Source: Balanoglossus misakiensis
Lineage: Eukaryota > Animalia > Hemichordata
NCBI GenBank assembly: GCA_040954595.2
Contig: CM082585.2
Location: 8,691,649 to 8,755,648, forward strand
Length of the DNA: 64,000 bases
Reading direction: 5' to 3'
In this document: piece by piece, positions 38,501 to 51,432 of the stretch
How the letters are laid out: each line of letters opens with the position of its first letter
How positions within the stretch are numbered: position 1 is the stretch's first letter
Translations under genes and position numbers: made by a program
The notes under the pieces: model-generated
What the model saw: only the letters and a program-made list of their open reading frames with translations
The model's database searches: none
Told to the model about the DNA's origin: nothing

Positions 38501-41500
38501 TCTGTAGTGGATGATACAGCCTCGTTATCGTCGTGTTTTGTTATTCCCACCGCAGGTTTGCTCGGGCTCGTCACTATGACCAGAGTTTTCCCGTCTGCCA
38601 TTCCGGAGAGCTCACTCTTCTTGATCAGGCGCGGTGGTTCTCCCATGAAGCTGCTCGAGGGTTTTTGAGACTGGCCGCTTTCGTCATCCTCGCATCCCCT
38701 ACAACCTGGACACGGAGGTTTCAGCTCGTACAGATAAAACCCGTCAGGCAGCATGAGTTCTCTTGCCCGTCTCACTTGCTCATCTGTTGGTTTTGTTACC
38801 GAGACAAACATCACATCTTCATCAGCCCCGGTCTCCTTGGTAATCCCAGGTTTCTGTGGTACGGCTGGAGTGGATGATTCCGAGAGGCCAAGTCTATTAA
38901 GTGGTGATCTGTGCTGAGCTGCAGGCATCCGCAAGTCTTCTTCCTCTTCCTCTTCGTAATCTTCATCATCATAAACATAGTAGTCATCACCATCGTCATA
39001 GTATTGGTCGTCTTCACCTTCATCTTCGTAGTATTGGTCTTCTGCACCCCCACTCTCGTAAAACTGGTCTTCGTCCTCCTGTGCTCTGTAGGACTCTTGA
39101 ATCGCTCTTATGGATGTCGTTGTCCCGTGGGACGAGAATGAGAAGTCCTTGAAGGCTGATTCTCCAAAGGAAATGGCTGCGGGCGCTGCTGGTTTTGCAG
39201 AGTTGTCTGGAGTTGAGCTGTCCACATCAGCGGTGTCCTCTTTCTGCTGAGCAGCCATGGAGCTGAGCAGGGCTGACGCCGACCCGCCAGGGCTGCCGAA
39301 CGTAAAGCCAGCGCCTTGAGTTCCGAAGACAGGTGGTTTTTGCTCCTGGGGTGCTGCTGTCTGAGGCTGAGGAGCTGAACCAAACGTGAACTTCGCCGCT
39401 GAAAAATGAAACTTTGAAGTCCCTTCTGCAGATGATGTGTTAGTGTTGGCGTCAGCATTTGCAGCTTGGCTCTGACTTGGAACGCCAAAAGAAAACCCTG
39501 TCGCAGGACTTCCAAACGTGAACCCGCCTGCTGCCTTGCTGGCGGAGCCTCCGAAGCTAAATCCTGTCGCTGACTTTGAGTCACCCGCCCCTTGACTGGG
39601 GGCAAATGTAAATCCTGTACTCTTTGGTGCTGCAGCAGAACCATCAACAGCAAATGGCTGGGAGGTGCTTGATCCAAACGTGAAAGTTGGTCCACTCGGG
39701 GCTGTGGATGATATAGTCCCTGTGGTGGACACTGCAGATTTTGCTTTGCCCAAATCTTCAGCTTGCTTTGCAACATCTTTCTCGGGTTTAGACCCAGGCT
39801 TGGCTGCGTTACACGCCAGACACACGCGCTTATCAGCTGGATTACTGACCAGGCATTCTTGGCACTCCCAGGTCCCTGGTTTCGGTCTGAACTGTTCCGC
39901 GAGACTCATCGTGGTTCCCTTTCCCTTTCCCTTGTCTCCTTCCTTCTTCGGAGTGGTCGACTTCTCCGGGGTCGCCTGCTCAGGAAGAGACCTCACAACT
40001 TCTCGGCACTCTTCGAACTTGGCCTTGAATTCTGCAGCCATCTCCTGAGTTTTGAACTTCACTACAAAGGTTTCCTGCTGCGGGGTTCCATCGGCGAAAT
40101 CCAGGGCGGTCCACAACCAGGATCTGTCGGAATGTTTATGAGGCTTCATGTCCATGTCCTTGGTGATGTAGTGGTTGGCACAGACTTTGAGAACCTGCTC
40201 CCTTCTCATGACTATTCTCATTTTCTTGCTCTTCTTGCAGTGCATGATTTTGATCTGGCCAATGCCCCTCTCCTTCCACTGACTACTTTCCTTGTCGTAT
40301 CGAAATAACTTTGACCTCATAGAGAACATAACTTCCTCATCCTCTTCTCCGGTGATCAATTTCACTTTCTCCGGCATCTTCACGATGGGTTCAAAGTGGA
40401 TTCCATCGTCCTCCTCCTCGTTGTAATTGACATCGCTAGCATCGCCGTCTTCATCAGTTCTGTCCCCGGACTTGTCAAGGTTTGAAGTAGCTCCTGATGG
40501 AGACTCGCCTTTACCGATGACACCAGTTGCATTGACTTGAGTGGCGTTACCGAGCGAGAATTTCTGAGTACCTGCACCAGCTCCTCCCCGGGTTCCTGCG
40601 GCCGACTCAGGTACAGGAAGCTGAGGTGACGAGTTGTAGTTTTTCACGGACTGACTGAAGTAGGAGTCCGTCTTCGGCGATGCGAAGAGCGACTGCGGTG
40701 GTGGTTGCTGGGGAACCAGGCCGGTGTCGAAGGCCGGCTTGGGTTCCAGCTGACCCGGGCCGGCCATGGGTGCGGCAGCCATTGGGATCTGGCCCTGGTA
40801 CACGGACGGCGAATAACCCGGTGCCATGTGGGCGGCTTCGGGAACTCCGTGGGGTGATGCCATGTACCCTTGGTCGACCGCCGGACTGACGAGTCCGTGA
40901 GCACCAACTGGTATGTACCCCCTTGGAGTAGATGCGGCGACACCTGGCTGGGTGGCCATCTGGGGTACGTGGCCTGGTGGTACCATGTATCCTGGCCTGT
41001 AGCCGTAGCCATAGGACGTATCCTGAAGTCCCATTGGTCCTGGAGACTGCAGTAATGTCACCTGGGCTGGTGTTCTTCTCTTCAACTCTCTGAGGTCAGT
41101 CTAAGGAGAAAAATAAGAAAACCAAACTAATGTTACAGTACTCTTGTACTTTCTCCCTAATCAACTGTTTCAGCACTTCGCATCAACGACTGAAATGTCT
41201 GCTTTGAGAGCGTACAACGAGAATGCTTACAGCTATGGTTTGAAGATATTGGGCCACAATGTGAGACGTCTGTTCCGGGGTGGGAGTCCTTCCGGTGGCA
41301 GCTTGAGCTGTTGGTGGCGTCTGAGCTGACATTGTGACTCCAGTTGGCAGAGTCTGTTGGGCTTGTGGTGACAATGGGGTGGCAGGTTTATTACTTTGTA
41401 AGTCTTTTAACTGCCTCTGCGAGCGTGAAAAAAAAAGAAACAGATTAATTATCATTTTTTTAAACTGTCAGACATGTCCTCTTTGAATAATATGAGGTGT

Positions 41501-44500
41501 AGTTTTAACAAGAAATACCAGATAGTTTTTTCAAGAACTTTACAAGGTTCATCTAAATTTAGGACTCAAAAAGACCTCCCATAAACATATGAAACTACTG
41601 GGAATTTCTTCATACCCCAAATCCACATGACAAGTCCACACTTCTGAAACAGATCAAGGAACTTACCATGACCTCGTCCAACTTGGCTGACAACGTTTGT
41701 ATCTGCTTTTGACTTCCTTCGTAATTTCCCTGCAGCTGAGAATGTTTCTCCTGCAGTTCTGCATGCTGCCTGACTAGATGTGCGTGCGAGTCGTTCAGAG
41801 TCCTGAGCTCGGCCGCCAGATGTGGCTGACTTGAACTCTGTTGATGAAAAAAAAAAACGTTTCAATCATTTTTTTCGCAATTTTGGTCAGTGTATTAAAC
41901 TCCCCGAAGAGTGTTTAAAAAAGGCGTACATTAACGTGCACAGGCGATACTCCATGTGTGTTTCACTCTGGGTCAAGGTTCATACATATCATACATCCAT
42001 TGCTCACTAGTCTACAGGGGTGGGAGGGGGTTGGAGGAGGGGCGTTACGCTGTTCATTTACCTGCATCTGTGATTGGTCAGTGCGGAGAGTGCTCTCCAG
42101 AAGGGGTATTCCCTGCGGGGAGAGGCTACCGTCCAGAACGGAAATCCCGGTACTCCTCCTGCTTCGTGCGGACGGAGTTCCGTTCTGTACGGTCGACGGA
42201 GGCGCGGAGCTGAAATCCAGCCTGCGGTGAAGCCTTTGATCATCGCCAAGTTGGAGCTCAATGTCGTCAAGCAGGGCAGAAATCTTCTGATTCAGCGGCT
42301 GGAAACAGAAACTTGAAAGAGTTAGAGGTTGAAAAAGAGAAAGATGCTACAATTTGAAAAATAAATGATAGAAAATGGGAAAATACCGGCCTAAAAACCA
42401 TGACAGCAAATGATCAAACCCTCAACACAACTCACATCTTCACTATTACTTCCAAGCCTGTTGATTGCTGTCACGAGATAATCTCGACTTTTCTTCAAAT
42501 ATTCCTTCTTCTTTTCTTCGTCATCTGAAGTAGTATCATTATCTTTGCTCTCCAACTGGTCAGAGAGCATTTTGAATATCTAAATTTTAAAACAAAATAA
42601 ACAATATTTTACTGCCCAATCCTGCCAATAACGTCAGCTGCATAAATTCCCCGCAGTGCAATCACTTTTATGACTGCACTCTCACCCCCCCCCCCCCCCC
42701 CAACCAAAATAAAACACACCACATTACTTATGGTAGTAATATCAAGATGTTAAATAAAGTATTTAAGATGACACACTATTTCTTGCCAGGTCTATAATAC
42801 TATGCAAGATTTTTTTATGAATTTTGCCATAATAAGACTTACCATTGCCTGATTAAAGGCAGCATCCGCTGTTCCCAGCGATTCAAATATCTCTACCGCT
42901 TTATCTTTGTCTCCCTTCTCAAACGTCATGGAGGCAACGAACTTCTTTCCTTCCTGAATATACTCTCTGATTTTACTCATCTGGAAATTAATCCAAAATG
43001 GTTGATATCATGAATGATATTTCGGTAACCGCGACAAAGCAAATAACACAAAACAGTGTTCAGAAGCCACCACTCTTAATATTTGAAAAGCAGTTAACGA
43101 AATCAATACAAAGACACCTCCCTTACCTCCAGATCTATGTCAACAAGTTTAAAGAAAGGATTCTTTGGTTTGGGCACGTTCAGATCTCTGCAAGAGAAAT
43201 CATAGTAAACTTTGTTTAGTTCAGACACTACATGCTGCAATGTACACAGATTGATCATATGCCGAATTCATGTATAGTTGGGCCTCTATAGAGGGGACTG
43301 GGGGTGAAAGGGTTAAAACAAAACGCAATTGCAACCTACTGGGCCATTCTCTGCAGTATGGCCAAAGCAGCCTCCCAGTATGCACCAGCTCTTCCCTGGA
43401 GACCAAGATACTGATCCAGATACATTATCTGATCCTTTGACAACTGGCGAGTCTCGTTCATCTGGAATCAAAATATACAACCATCAGTTTTTTTATTTGA
43501 GAATTTCTTTCCTTGTCCTAGTGGCCTGATTCATATATATCAAACTCAACCACATGAACGTGTGGATGGGATTATTTTGACCTTTGTTAATAAAAAAAAA
43601 CTTACTCTTGTAGCAAAGCACTTCGCAAGGTGCACCAACAGAGTGACTTGCATGCCATGGTTGCCAATGACACGCACAGCTTCAAGACCACGCTGAACCG
43701 AGAATCTCAGTTTGCCTCTCTCATTTGGGCTGAAAATATAAATTTAAGTTGATATGAATTCAGTTGCTGAATGTGCCCTTAATCCTTTTATTTGTGTTAA
43801 TAGCCGAACTAAAAGTCTGAGAACAACAGACACTGCATCCAATCCCGTCATATTTATCGCGGAAAAACGCAATTGTTTTGTTTCCTTTTCTAACCTTGCT
43901 TTCCCTGTGTACAAAGCACAGACCCCAGACCACCACTCATCTTGGTTGACCGACACCAGTTTCTTGGACAAACACTGCGGCAGTATCTCGGGTTGGTGGT
44001 CGCAGACGTGGTGATCAATGTAAAGATCCCGCATGGCGCGCTTGGTGCAGTACACTACAGCGTAGACAAAGCTCTGGGGAAGTGGAGAAACGCACGCAAG
44101 GTTTCAGTGATATGCATTTTTAGCAGATGCGTTTAGGCTCTTCCAGTGTAATATCTTACATGTACATTGTATATGAAACAGTTATGTTGGTTAAAGCCCC
44201 TTCCCCACCATGGTTTGGTCCATCCTATGGTTAAGCCGGACCGCTATAGGGAACATCGGGGGTGAAAGAGTCAAAGAGAGGGACACAGACCTGGATATCC
44301 AGATGGCATATAGTTTCCACCGACGCAGTCTGCATGTTGGGGACGGCGTAGTGGAGTTTATCGAAAGCCTGGGCGAGCAGGAAGCTGACGTTGGGCTGAA
44401 CTTCGTCCCCAGATTGATACCACTGCAAAGCCAGCCAGATGATGTTGTGTAGACTGTGGGGGTTCTCAGCCAAAGCGCCTGTCGAGAAAGAAGATGGTTT

Positions 44501-47500
44501 GGTAAACTTACGAAAAACTGCAGCCCAGGTTCGAATGTTCTATAGCCACTGCACATTGGCACATGGTAGACACCACACTACAAACTAAGGGCAACACATC
44601 TGCCAACAGTGAAACCAACAGAGAGCTTACCTTCGTCATACGCAATTATATCATCTTCCAACGGCAGAGTATTTGTATTGACTTCATAAAATTTCTTGTC
44701 TTGAAAGAAATAGGATCTTTCTTTTGGGAAATTGTAACTGAACATCTTGTAGAATATTTCTTCCTGGCCCTGTCATACAAGAAACAGGAACAACAGAAAA
44801 TTATCAATCTGTCTTGTAAAAGTTGTGTTGACTTTCGTGTTTCATGCAAACATCTCAGAAATAAAAAAAAAATATTTCACATACCTCTGGGCAACACAAT
44901 TTCTCACACATTTTATCCAAGCCCTTCTCCGAATACTGCTCACACAAATTATCCACAAGGTGACCTTGAAAAGAGAAGTAATGCAATGAGATTGAGTAAA
45001 ATGTCTATAATTGCAAGAAATCAAAAGTTAATTGTGGACATCAGGCCGGTATCTAAGTTTCCACTAACAATATCTCTGATTAAAGACTCACCAACTTGAC
45101 TCAATCTGCTGCAGGCGAGTCGATACCACCTCAGTGGGTCCGAGCCAGTTGGGTTCCTCATCGCCATAGCAACCCAGGATGTCTGCTTGTTCGGCAGGGG
45201 TGTCTGCAGACTTGCCAGGTACAGCGCTGCCGCCTTGGAGATGGCCTCTTGCCACTCTAACGCGCCCTACACAAAGTCACAACAGCAAAACGTTCAGTTT
45301 TGCGCAACACCTGTGGACTTTCAATGTGCCTCTTACAGTCGGGAAAGTTGTTATGGTTATTATAATATCATTTGAACACTTACAGTGACGGCCATCTTGG
45401 TGACGAGAACACCACTGAGAAAGTAAAGCTGTCCTCTCATCTCCTGCAGTGCTGTACTCCATTCTGAGTCAGAACCCTCCTTTGGGACTGCTTCGTACTG
45501 GTGGGCTTTGAGAAGCCATTCGTCCAACCTGTGGGTCAAAGAATCAGTGTCAAGTTTCAAGATCAAAAGAGTCCCTTTTTTCTTCAGAAAGTGAGAAGAA
45601 TCTGAATACAAGGGTGTCAAACCTTCTATATTGAATATGTGTTGCAGCGACATGCAACGTGTATTGTCAAATTTATCAATTTGAATTATTCCTGAGCACA
45701 GTCATCACATGACCTACAATGACCAATCAGAAATCATCACCCATGTCATCTGGGAAATTCAGCAACAAGACAAATATCAGATGGCCGCATGTTTTTCTTT
45801 TTAACTATAAATAATATTTGCATAATAATACCTGGATAGGCAGACGCTGCAGTCCCCGTATATGTCGTACTCTTTCAATGCAATGTGAGTCACTCGACAC
45901 AGGGCCTCCAACAGGTTGAGGTATATTTCCTTCGCAGATCCTCTAGGTCCAGCCTTTGACTTGAGTCGGAGATATGCCTATCATGTCAGAAAGAGAATTC
46001 AGATAGCTTTGTGGTCTAAAGTTGTACTGAATTGATGGGTGTGTATGTTTTAGACTCTGAAAATGAAGCCTTGGTCTGATTGGTGTTTATGTTGTGACCT
46101 TTGCTTTGATTGGCTGTCTAAAACCAGACAGACCAATCATATCCATCACTTACGTGAACTGTGTCAGCAACGCAGAGCTGCCAATCCAGCTGCTCAGAAA
46201 ACTCTTTGTTCCGCTTGCGTTGAATGCAGAAGCGATACGCGTCCTCAACTCGCTTGCTCTCCTTGTACATCTTTGCGAGCTTGATATTCAGTTCCAAATT
46301 GTCCGGTGTTTTTCTCTGTTTCAAAAAGGACAGAGGAGATGATTTTGTTTTAAAATCTATTCCCAAGTTTCCACTCCGATTCTAAATGATGGGAGGCTGA
46401 GGGGGTTGAAGAAGTAGAACCAGAAAAATACCCTTTCTTACCATTTCAGTTTGAAAGAAGTTTTCTAATTCTTTGTCGCTGGCCCCGTTTATTCTCAGCA
46501 TGTGCTCCTACGAAAACAAAACATGCGCATAGTAAATGTACAGGTAAGACTTTCAAGAATATATTCCAAGACTAAGGTCAAATGGTTTGTAAGCTGTAGA
46601 AGTCTTGATGTGTCTATCCATCTACCAACTGACTATCAATGTTGTTATCATATCAGAAGAGATGAGAGAGGAATGACTTACCCGTAATTTGAAGACTGTT
46701 TTGTGGCCGGGGAAACTCTGTTCAGTTTTGTCAGCCCAGTAACGCACCTTGTCAGGATAATGCTTGATTTTGCAGTAGATTTCGGCAACTGAAGGTAGGT
46801 AACCATAGAAAATCCCTGTTTAAGTACCCTTCGTCATATGGGCTTAGAAGGCATTGTTCACTTAAAGTAAGTAACATAATTTAATATATCTTGAATGATG
46901 TATCATAACATACTGTTTGTTAGTATGTGTCAAGTACAAAAGTTGCATTTGAGGATTAAACGTACATCAGTAATAGAAAGAGAACAACATACCTTGCAAG
47001 ATCAAATCATTCTGTGTGTTATTGAGCTCCAGTGACCTCTTGTAAGACTCAATGGCCTTCTCGTGCCTATCATTATGTTCATGTATCTTCCCCAGCAAGC
47101 GATGTGCTTTGGCGTCCGTTTCATTGACACCGAGATACACAGAGACGTACTTGAGTGCACTGTCATAATCTTTGGCTTCATAGTACATGCGTGCAAAGGC
47201 GTAACTCTTCAGATTTCTCTGTGATGAAATATACATAAAATGTGATGTTGTACACTAGTGAAGCAGGTATCATCGCAAATCTAATTCCTTATACTTGTAC
47301 AGTAATATTTAAATTCAATTGTCAACATACAAGTTAACATAACAATGCACGTACATGTCTATTTCGGCCGCAGGCACGTCTACAGACTGTGTTTAGACAG
47401 GGAAACGTCACTCCCTTTTGACATTATTTTGGTTCATTTAACTATTTACTTGTACGTTGTGAAAATGCTAACGAACCAAACTTAGCTCATGTCGCATATG

Positions 47501-47914
47501 AAACTTGAATTTAATTTGAAAGTGAAACACACACCATGTACATTGCAGTACTTGGAAGTGGGACCAAAGACATTGTACGTCCATCATTGAATCGTGCCGT
47601 CGAGGCCCTAGACGCACCCTGCGACACACAATTCCAATGTATTCATAAAGCAGACTTTAAGATCGCTTATTTCATTGTTAAGATGTCGCGACACGCCGGT
47701 ACACCTGATAAAATCATTTCAAATGTCCGTTGCGCACGTTACTTTAGCGGCCATTTTGATTTGATGCTTTGTATGTACATTACTGATGGCGGAAGTTGAC
47801 CGGCGAACAACAATAAGACGTGCTTTACTCGGAAAACCCTACCTCATGTGGGTTGGCGATATTCCTAGTGGCGGACGAAACCTGCTTGTCCACCTCTTGT
47901 TTGCTTCGAATCAT
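32503..47914 (-). CDS. RANBP2: E3 SUMO ligase / nucleoporin RanBP2 (Nup358): TPR/helical N-terminus, 5 RanBD domains, 6 RanBP2-type zinc fingers, FG repeats, 2 IR-like motifs; giant exon 36084-41100
   Basis: Exon 1 MIRSKQEVDKQV (ATG 47914); exon 2 YAFARMYYEAKDYDSALKY...DAKAHRLLG...AIESYKRSLELN matches the RanBP2 N-terminus. Five (H)FEP/xTP...TGEExE...LxRxD...WKERG...MRRxQVxKVCANH...WxWxAxD RanBDs; WxCxxC...N...CxAC fingers; many FxFG. Final exons 32682-32785 and 32503-32552 end DADQEER*. Confidence 0.96.
43277..43316 (+). mobile_element. Right half of the piggyBac-type MITE in a RANBP2 intron
   Basis: GTTGGGCCTCTATAGAGGGGACTGGGGGTGAAAGGG|TTAA. Confidence 0.7.
44191..44273 (+). mobile_element. 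Diverged, near-complete piggyBac-type MITE in a RANBP2 intron
   Basis: TTAAAGCCCCTTCCCCACCATGGTTTGGTCC ... GGGGGTGAAAGAGTCAA. Confidence 0.6.
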
Positions 47915-48361
47915 TTTAAAGTGATATTTCCCTACATATGAACTGAAACACAGTTGATGTCAAACCAACACATGCCTTCACGCGCCGGTTTCTTGAACAA
48001 ACGTCATGGTTAGGGCCCCCTAACCCGGAAGAAATTGTTCAAGCCGTGAATCACCCATTTTCAATGCATAGTGCGCCGCTGTCGGTAGGAGGTGGCAAGG
48101 AGTGGGACCAAGGCCTGCACTGGATCTCAGCACTTGGAATTAATGAAGCAACACAAATGATGAACAAAGCACATGAAAGCGACTTTATTTATATGCATTT
48201 TAAGACAGTTTAGTTCAAGGATTTTCTTCAAGAGGAAAAGTAATGAGCATGCGATATTTCATTGGTATGGCGATTCTGTTAGTATATTACTAGTGTACTT
48301 TCAGTTTTTGTTATGGCCACAATCCCTTTCCAAGTCTCAGGAAAGCAGACGATGGCCTTTC

Positions 48362-49428
48362 TCACAGTCTCTTCATCGACAGTACAGCGCCATCGTATTC
48401 AGGAGGCATGCCAGAGTACGGCCGCTGACCATTTACTTCAAACTCGGTGAACTTTATCATGTCGCCGACTTCAACAAACTTTTCGGTGGCGACAACATGT
48501 CGTGATATTGGACTCGTCACCTCGGCATACGTCATTTTTGCGCCGCGTGCTTTTCCCAGCTCGATTGAGTTCCACAGCATTCGTCTCAGGAGATTGTGAC
48601 CGTGGTAGTCATCACCGACGCCCCCTAAATACAACTCCATGAACTTTCCTCCGTCTCTCTGCACCTCCTTCACTTCGTCGAGTTGGTAAAACCTCGCCCT
48701 CAACGCGGCGAACAGGTCCAGCACTGGCACGACCGGCTGGAGTAACGCTCGCTCAGAAATCCTGAAGTCGTCGCCTGCGCAATTTTCACGCGACACCAGA
48801 AAAACGACCGACGCACCAGCCACCCTGTTCATTTTGGTATCAACAGCAACGGTTCCTATGCCATCGCGAATGCTGCGTCTAACGGCAATCTCCTTGAAAT
48901 ACTTGACAGATTCATAGGGTGCCTTCAGGTAATTCAGCGTCGGTTCATTTCTGGTGAAAACATCAACCAGCAACTCGACTACACCAATACGGTGTTCTTC
49001 TTGTAATGTACTTAACGTTACATCCTGAACGGGGGTTGCTTTCCTGAAATTTGATAAAGCCGTACATAATTGATTAATTTATGTCAATCCGATTTGCATG
49101 ACTAAAACAATATGTGATGATAATGAATCATAATCTTATTTGTAAAAGTGAGCATATGTTCAGTACATATATCAAGGCTTGTCCGTGTCCGAGTGACCAA
49201 AAATTACAACGTTAAGTTTTCACAATGCGGATTATTAGGACCTTGTACAATGTATGCGACTATTTTACAAATAGCAAGCACCACTTTCAGATGTTTTATG
49301 GGTACACTGTAATCTTACCTTTCGCTAGCATGTCGACACGCTATGACCAAGCCACTCCTATAGGACGCCTTCACCAAAGTGCGAGCTTCGAGAACCCTGG
49401 CGGAACCACGGATCAATGCTTCCAACAT
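48362..49428 (-). CDS. GNAT acetyltransferase resembling insect-type arylalkylamine/dopamine N-acetyltransferase, ~263 aa, 2 exons (49319-49428, 48362-49043), with a possible mitochondrial presequence
   Basis: VVELLVDVFTRNEPTLNYL (iAANAT-like FxxxEP motif), VAVD...VAGA, ELYLGGVGDDYHGHNL (motif A region), AEVTSPISRHV. Phase-2 GT-AG intron joins exon 1 (MLEALIRGSARVLEARTLVKASYRSGLVIACRHASER); total 792 nt, in frame. Confidence 0.8.
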
Positions 49429-51354
49429 GGTGTGCCTCTTGTACCGTTCTGACTTGTCTGCCTTCTTCGTTTTCACCACTGAACTTGTTGCTCCACTTAT
49501 ACCCTGAAGTTCTGGACGTGTATCAAACTGTTGCTATCTTCACAGCAGAGTTCAAAAATACTCGTGTATTGTACGCGGGTGGATCAATGTCCCTGGGTGT
49601 GAAGGTCTGACTTTCGTGTCATGAAAATAGCCTTATGAATCTACTGCCCTTCTCCGCCGTGCAAGTTTATAACACACCGAAGAGATCTCTTCGCTTCTTA
49701 AGAAATCCCTAGATGCCCTAATTCCACTACATGTAGGTTAAACTGTATGACCTGTGGCCTTGTTTCCACGAGTCCCTAAATCACTGAGCGATTTATTTGA
49801 GGTCCCGGTTTGAGGTTTGGCAAGTACGGGATATAAGAATACGGGAATGACAGTCAGTTGGCAGCAAAGTTTAAAAAAAATCTAACAAGAGGGCGACAAA
49901 GTATATTTGGTGAAATGACAATGCATGCGTGGCCTTTGTCCTTAGTACAATCTGTTACGTGGTGACCCTTTTGGTGTGGGGCACGCCGGCATCATTGCAT
50001 CTTGCAGACATGCGTGATTGGCGCCCTCACGAGGCGTGGCAATGGGAATTTCTGGACACATTTGTTGGCCAGGTTACATTATAACAGCATACAAAGATAG
50101 CAGTAGTGATACTAGTATACCAGTTCACATAAAACGGTTTCATGTATGTACAGTATTAAAAACTAGCTTTATGCGGAACGAGCTCTCGTCACGATATCAT
50201 CAGCATTAGAACGACACGAACAGTACAGAAGAACCGTGCTTTTGTAAGGCCATCGTGAACCCACTATGTGTAGGTGTCTAATCTGAGAAACATGTTTCGG
50301 GGCAAGATCCTAGCCTCCATAAAATATTTTTTTATTCCCAGCAGGTTCTAGTGGCATGGTATTTTATTGTAGAGAAACCCATGGAAATGCATCAGAAAAT
50401 TCATATTCCTAGGATATGAACTAGCCTACACACAATTCCATATCCATGGCTATCGCTTTACCCCTACATATGAAAAGAGATCAGAACAGAAAATATAACA
50501 ATAAGAACGCCAACAGGTAGTGTTTTTATCCCTGCACGGATGTAGGTTGTACAGATTGTGTGGGAGGAGCCTCCAATATTTTTCTCTCCACCCACGTCAT
50601 CGCAAAAAAAACTGACGCAGACGCACGCACGTAGTTCTCATAAACACGACGCACTCTCCAAACGTGAGCTGTACGGGCTGACATGTTAAAACGTTACGGG
50701 AAAGCTGGTGTGGCCGCGCGTGTTGATCTTGGTTTGGACACCAAAGGTGTTCGTGTCTTGACAGGGGCTTAAAATGTGGCCGTAGAGGGCAGTGAATTAC
50801 AGCTCTAAAACGAGATATACGTATTCTCATCCATTAAAAAACGAAATTTGCTTCAGAAGAGGTGACGATGGTCATTCACTCCTCAGATTTATTTGTATAT
50901 AAGTGCGTCATTTCTTTAACACGTCACTTCGGATAATATATGTTAAATTATTTTAGCCCATTTACATTTTTTGACGTTGGCCGTGAGGACCAGTGGGGTG
51001 CAAGATATTCTAAGTTACTGTTCATTCTGTACAACAATTTCAACTTTCCCTAGCAACGGCCTCCCGTCAGAAGGCAACACTGTCTCTATATGGAGTCTAA
51101 AAAACGGATCATTGTCCAAGAAACGCAATGTTGTTATTGTGCTTTCTGGTGTACCGCATGTTATAAATTTGCAATTTAACATAGAAAAAGGTCCGATTCA
51201 AACCAGCCAAGTTGTCAAGGTAACTGTGCAGGAATGTGAAACCCGCGTGAAGTGGTGCCTCACCGCATCCTATCCACGTGGCCTGCAGGCGTCCGGACAC
51301 GACCACCTGTTGGAAGGGACGATGAATCGGCTTCGTGGTGGGACTAGATATATG

Positions 51355-51432
51355 ATGAAGATGAATGGTAATGGTTGTGGTGGTGGTGGTTCTGGTAATG
51401 GTGATGATGGTGGTAGTGATGGTGGCGGCGGC
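51355..51432 (+). repeat. (GGT/GAT)n degenerate trinucleotide microsatellite
   Basis: GGTAATGGTTGTGGTGGTGGTGGTTCTGGTAATGGTGATGATGGTGGTAGTGATGGTGGCGGCGG. Confidence 0.8.

Noticed and set aside
32921-41055. Many long plus-strand and alternate-frame ORFs overlapping RANBP2
   Set aside because: Shadow ORFs of GC-rich coding exons; no independent domain signal.
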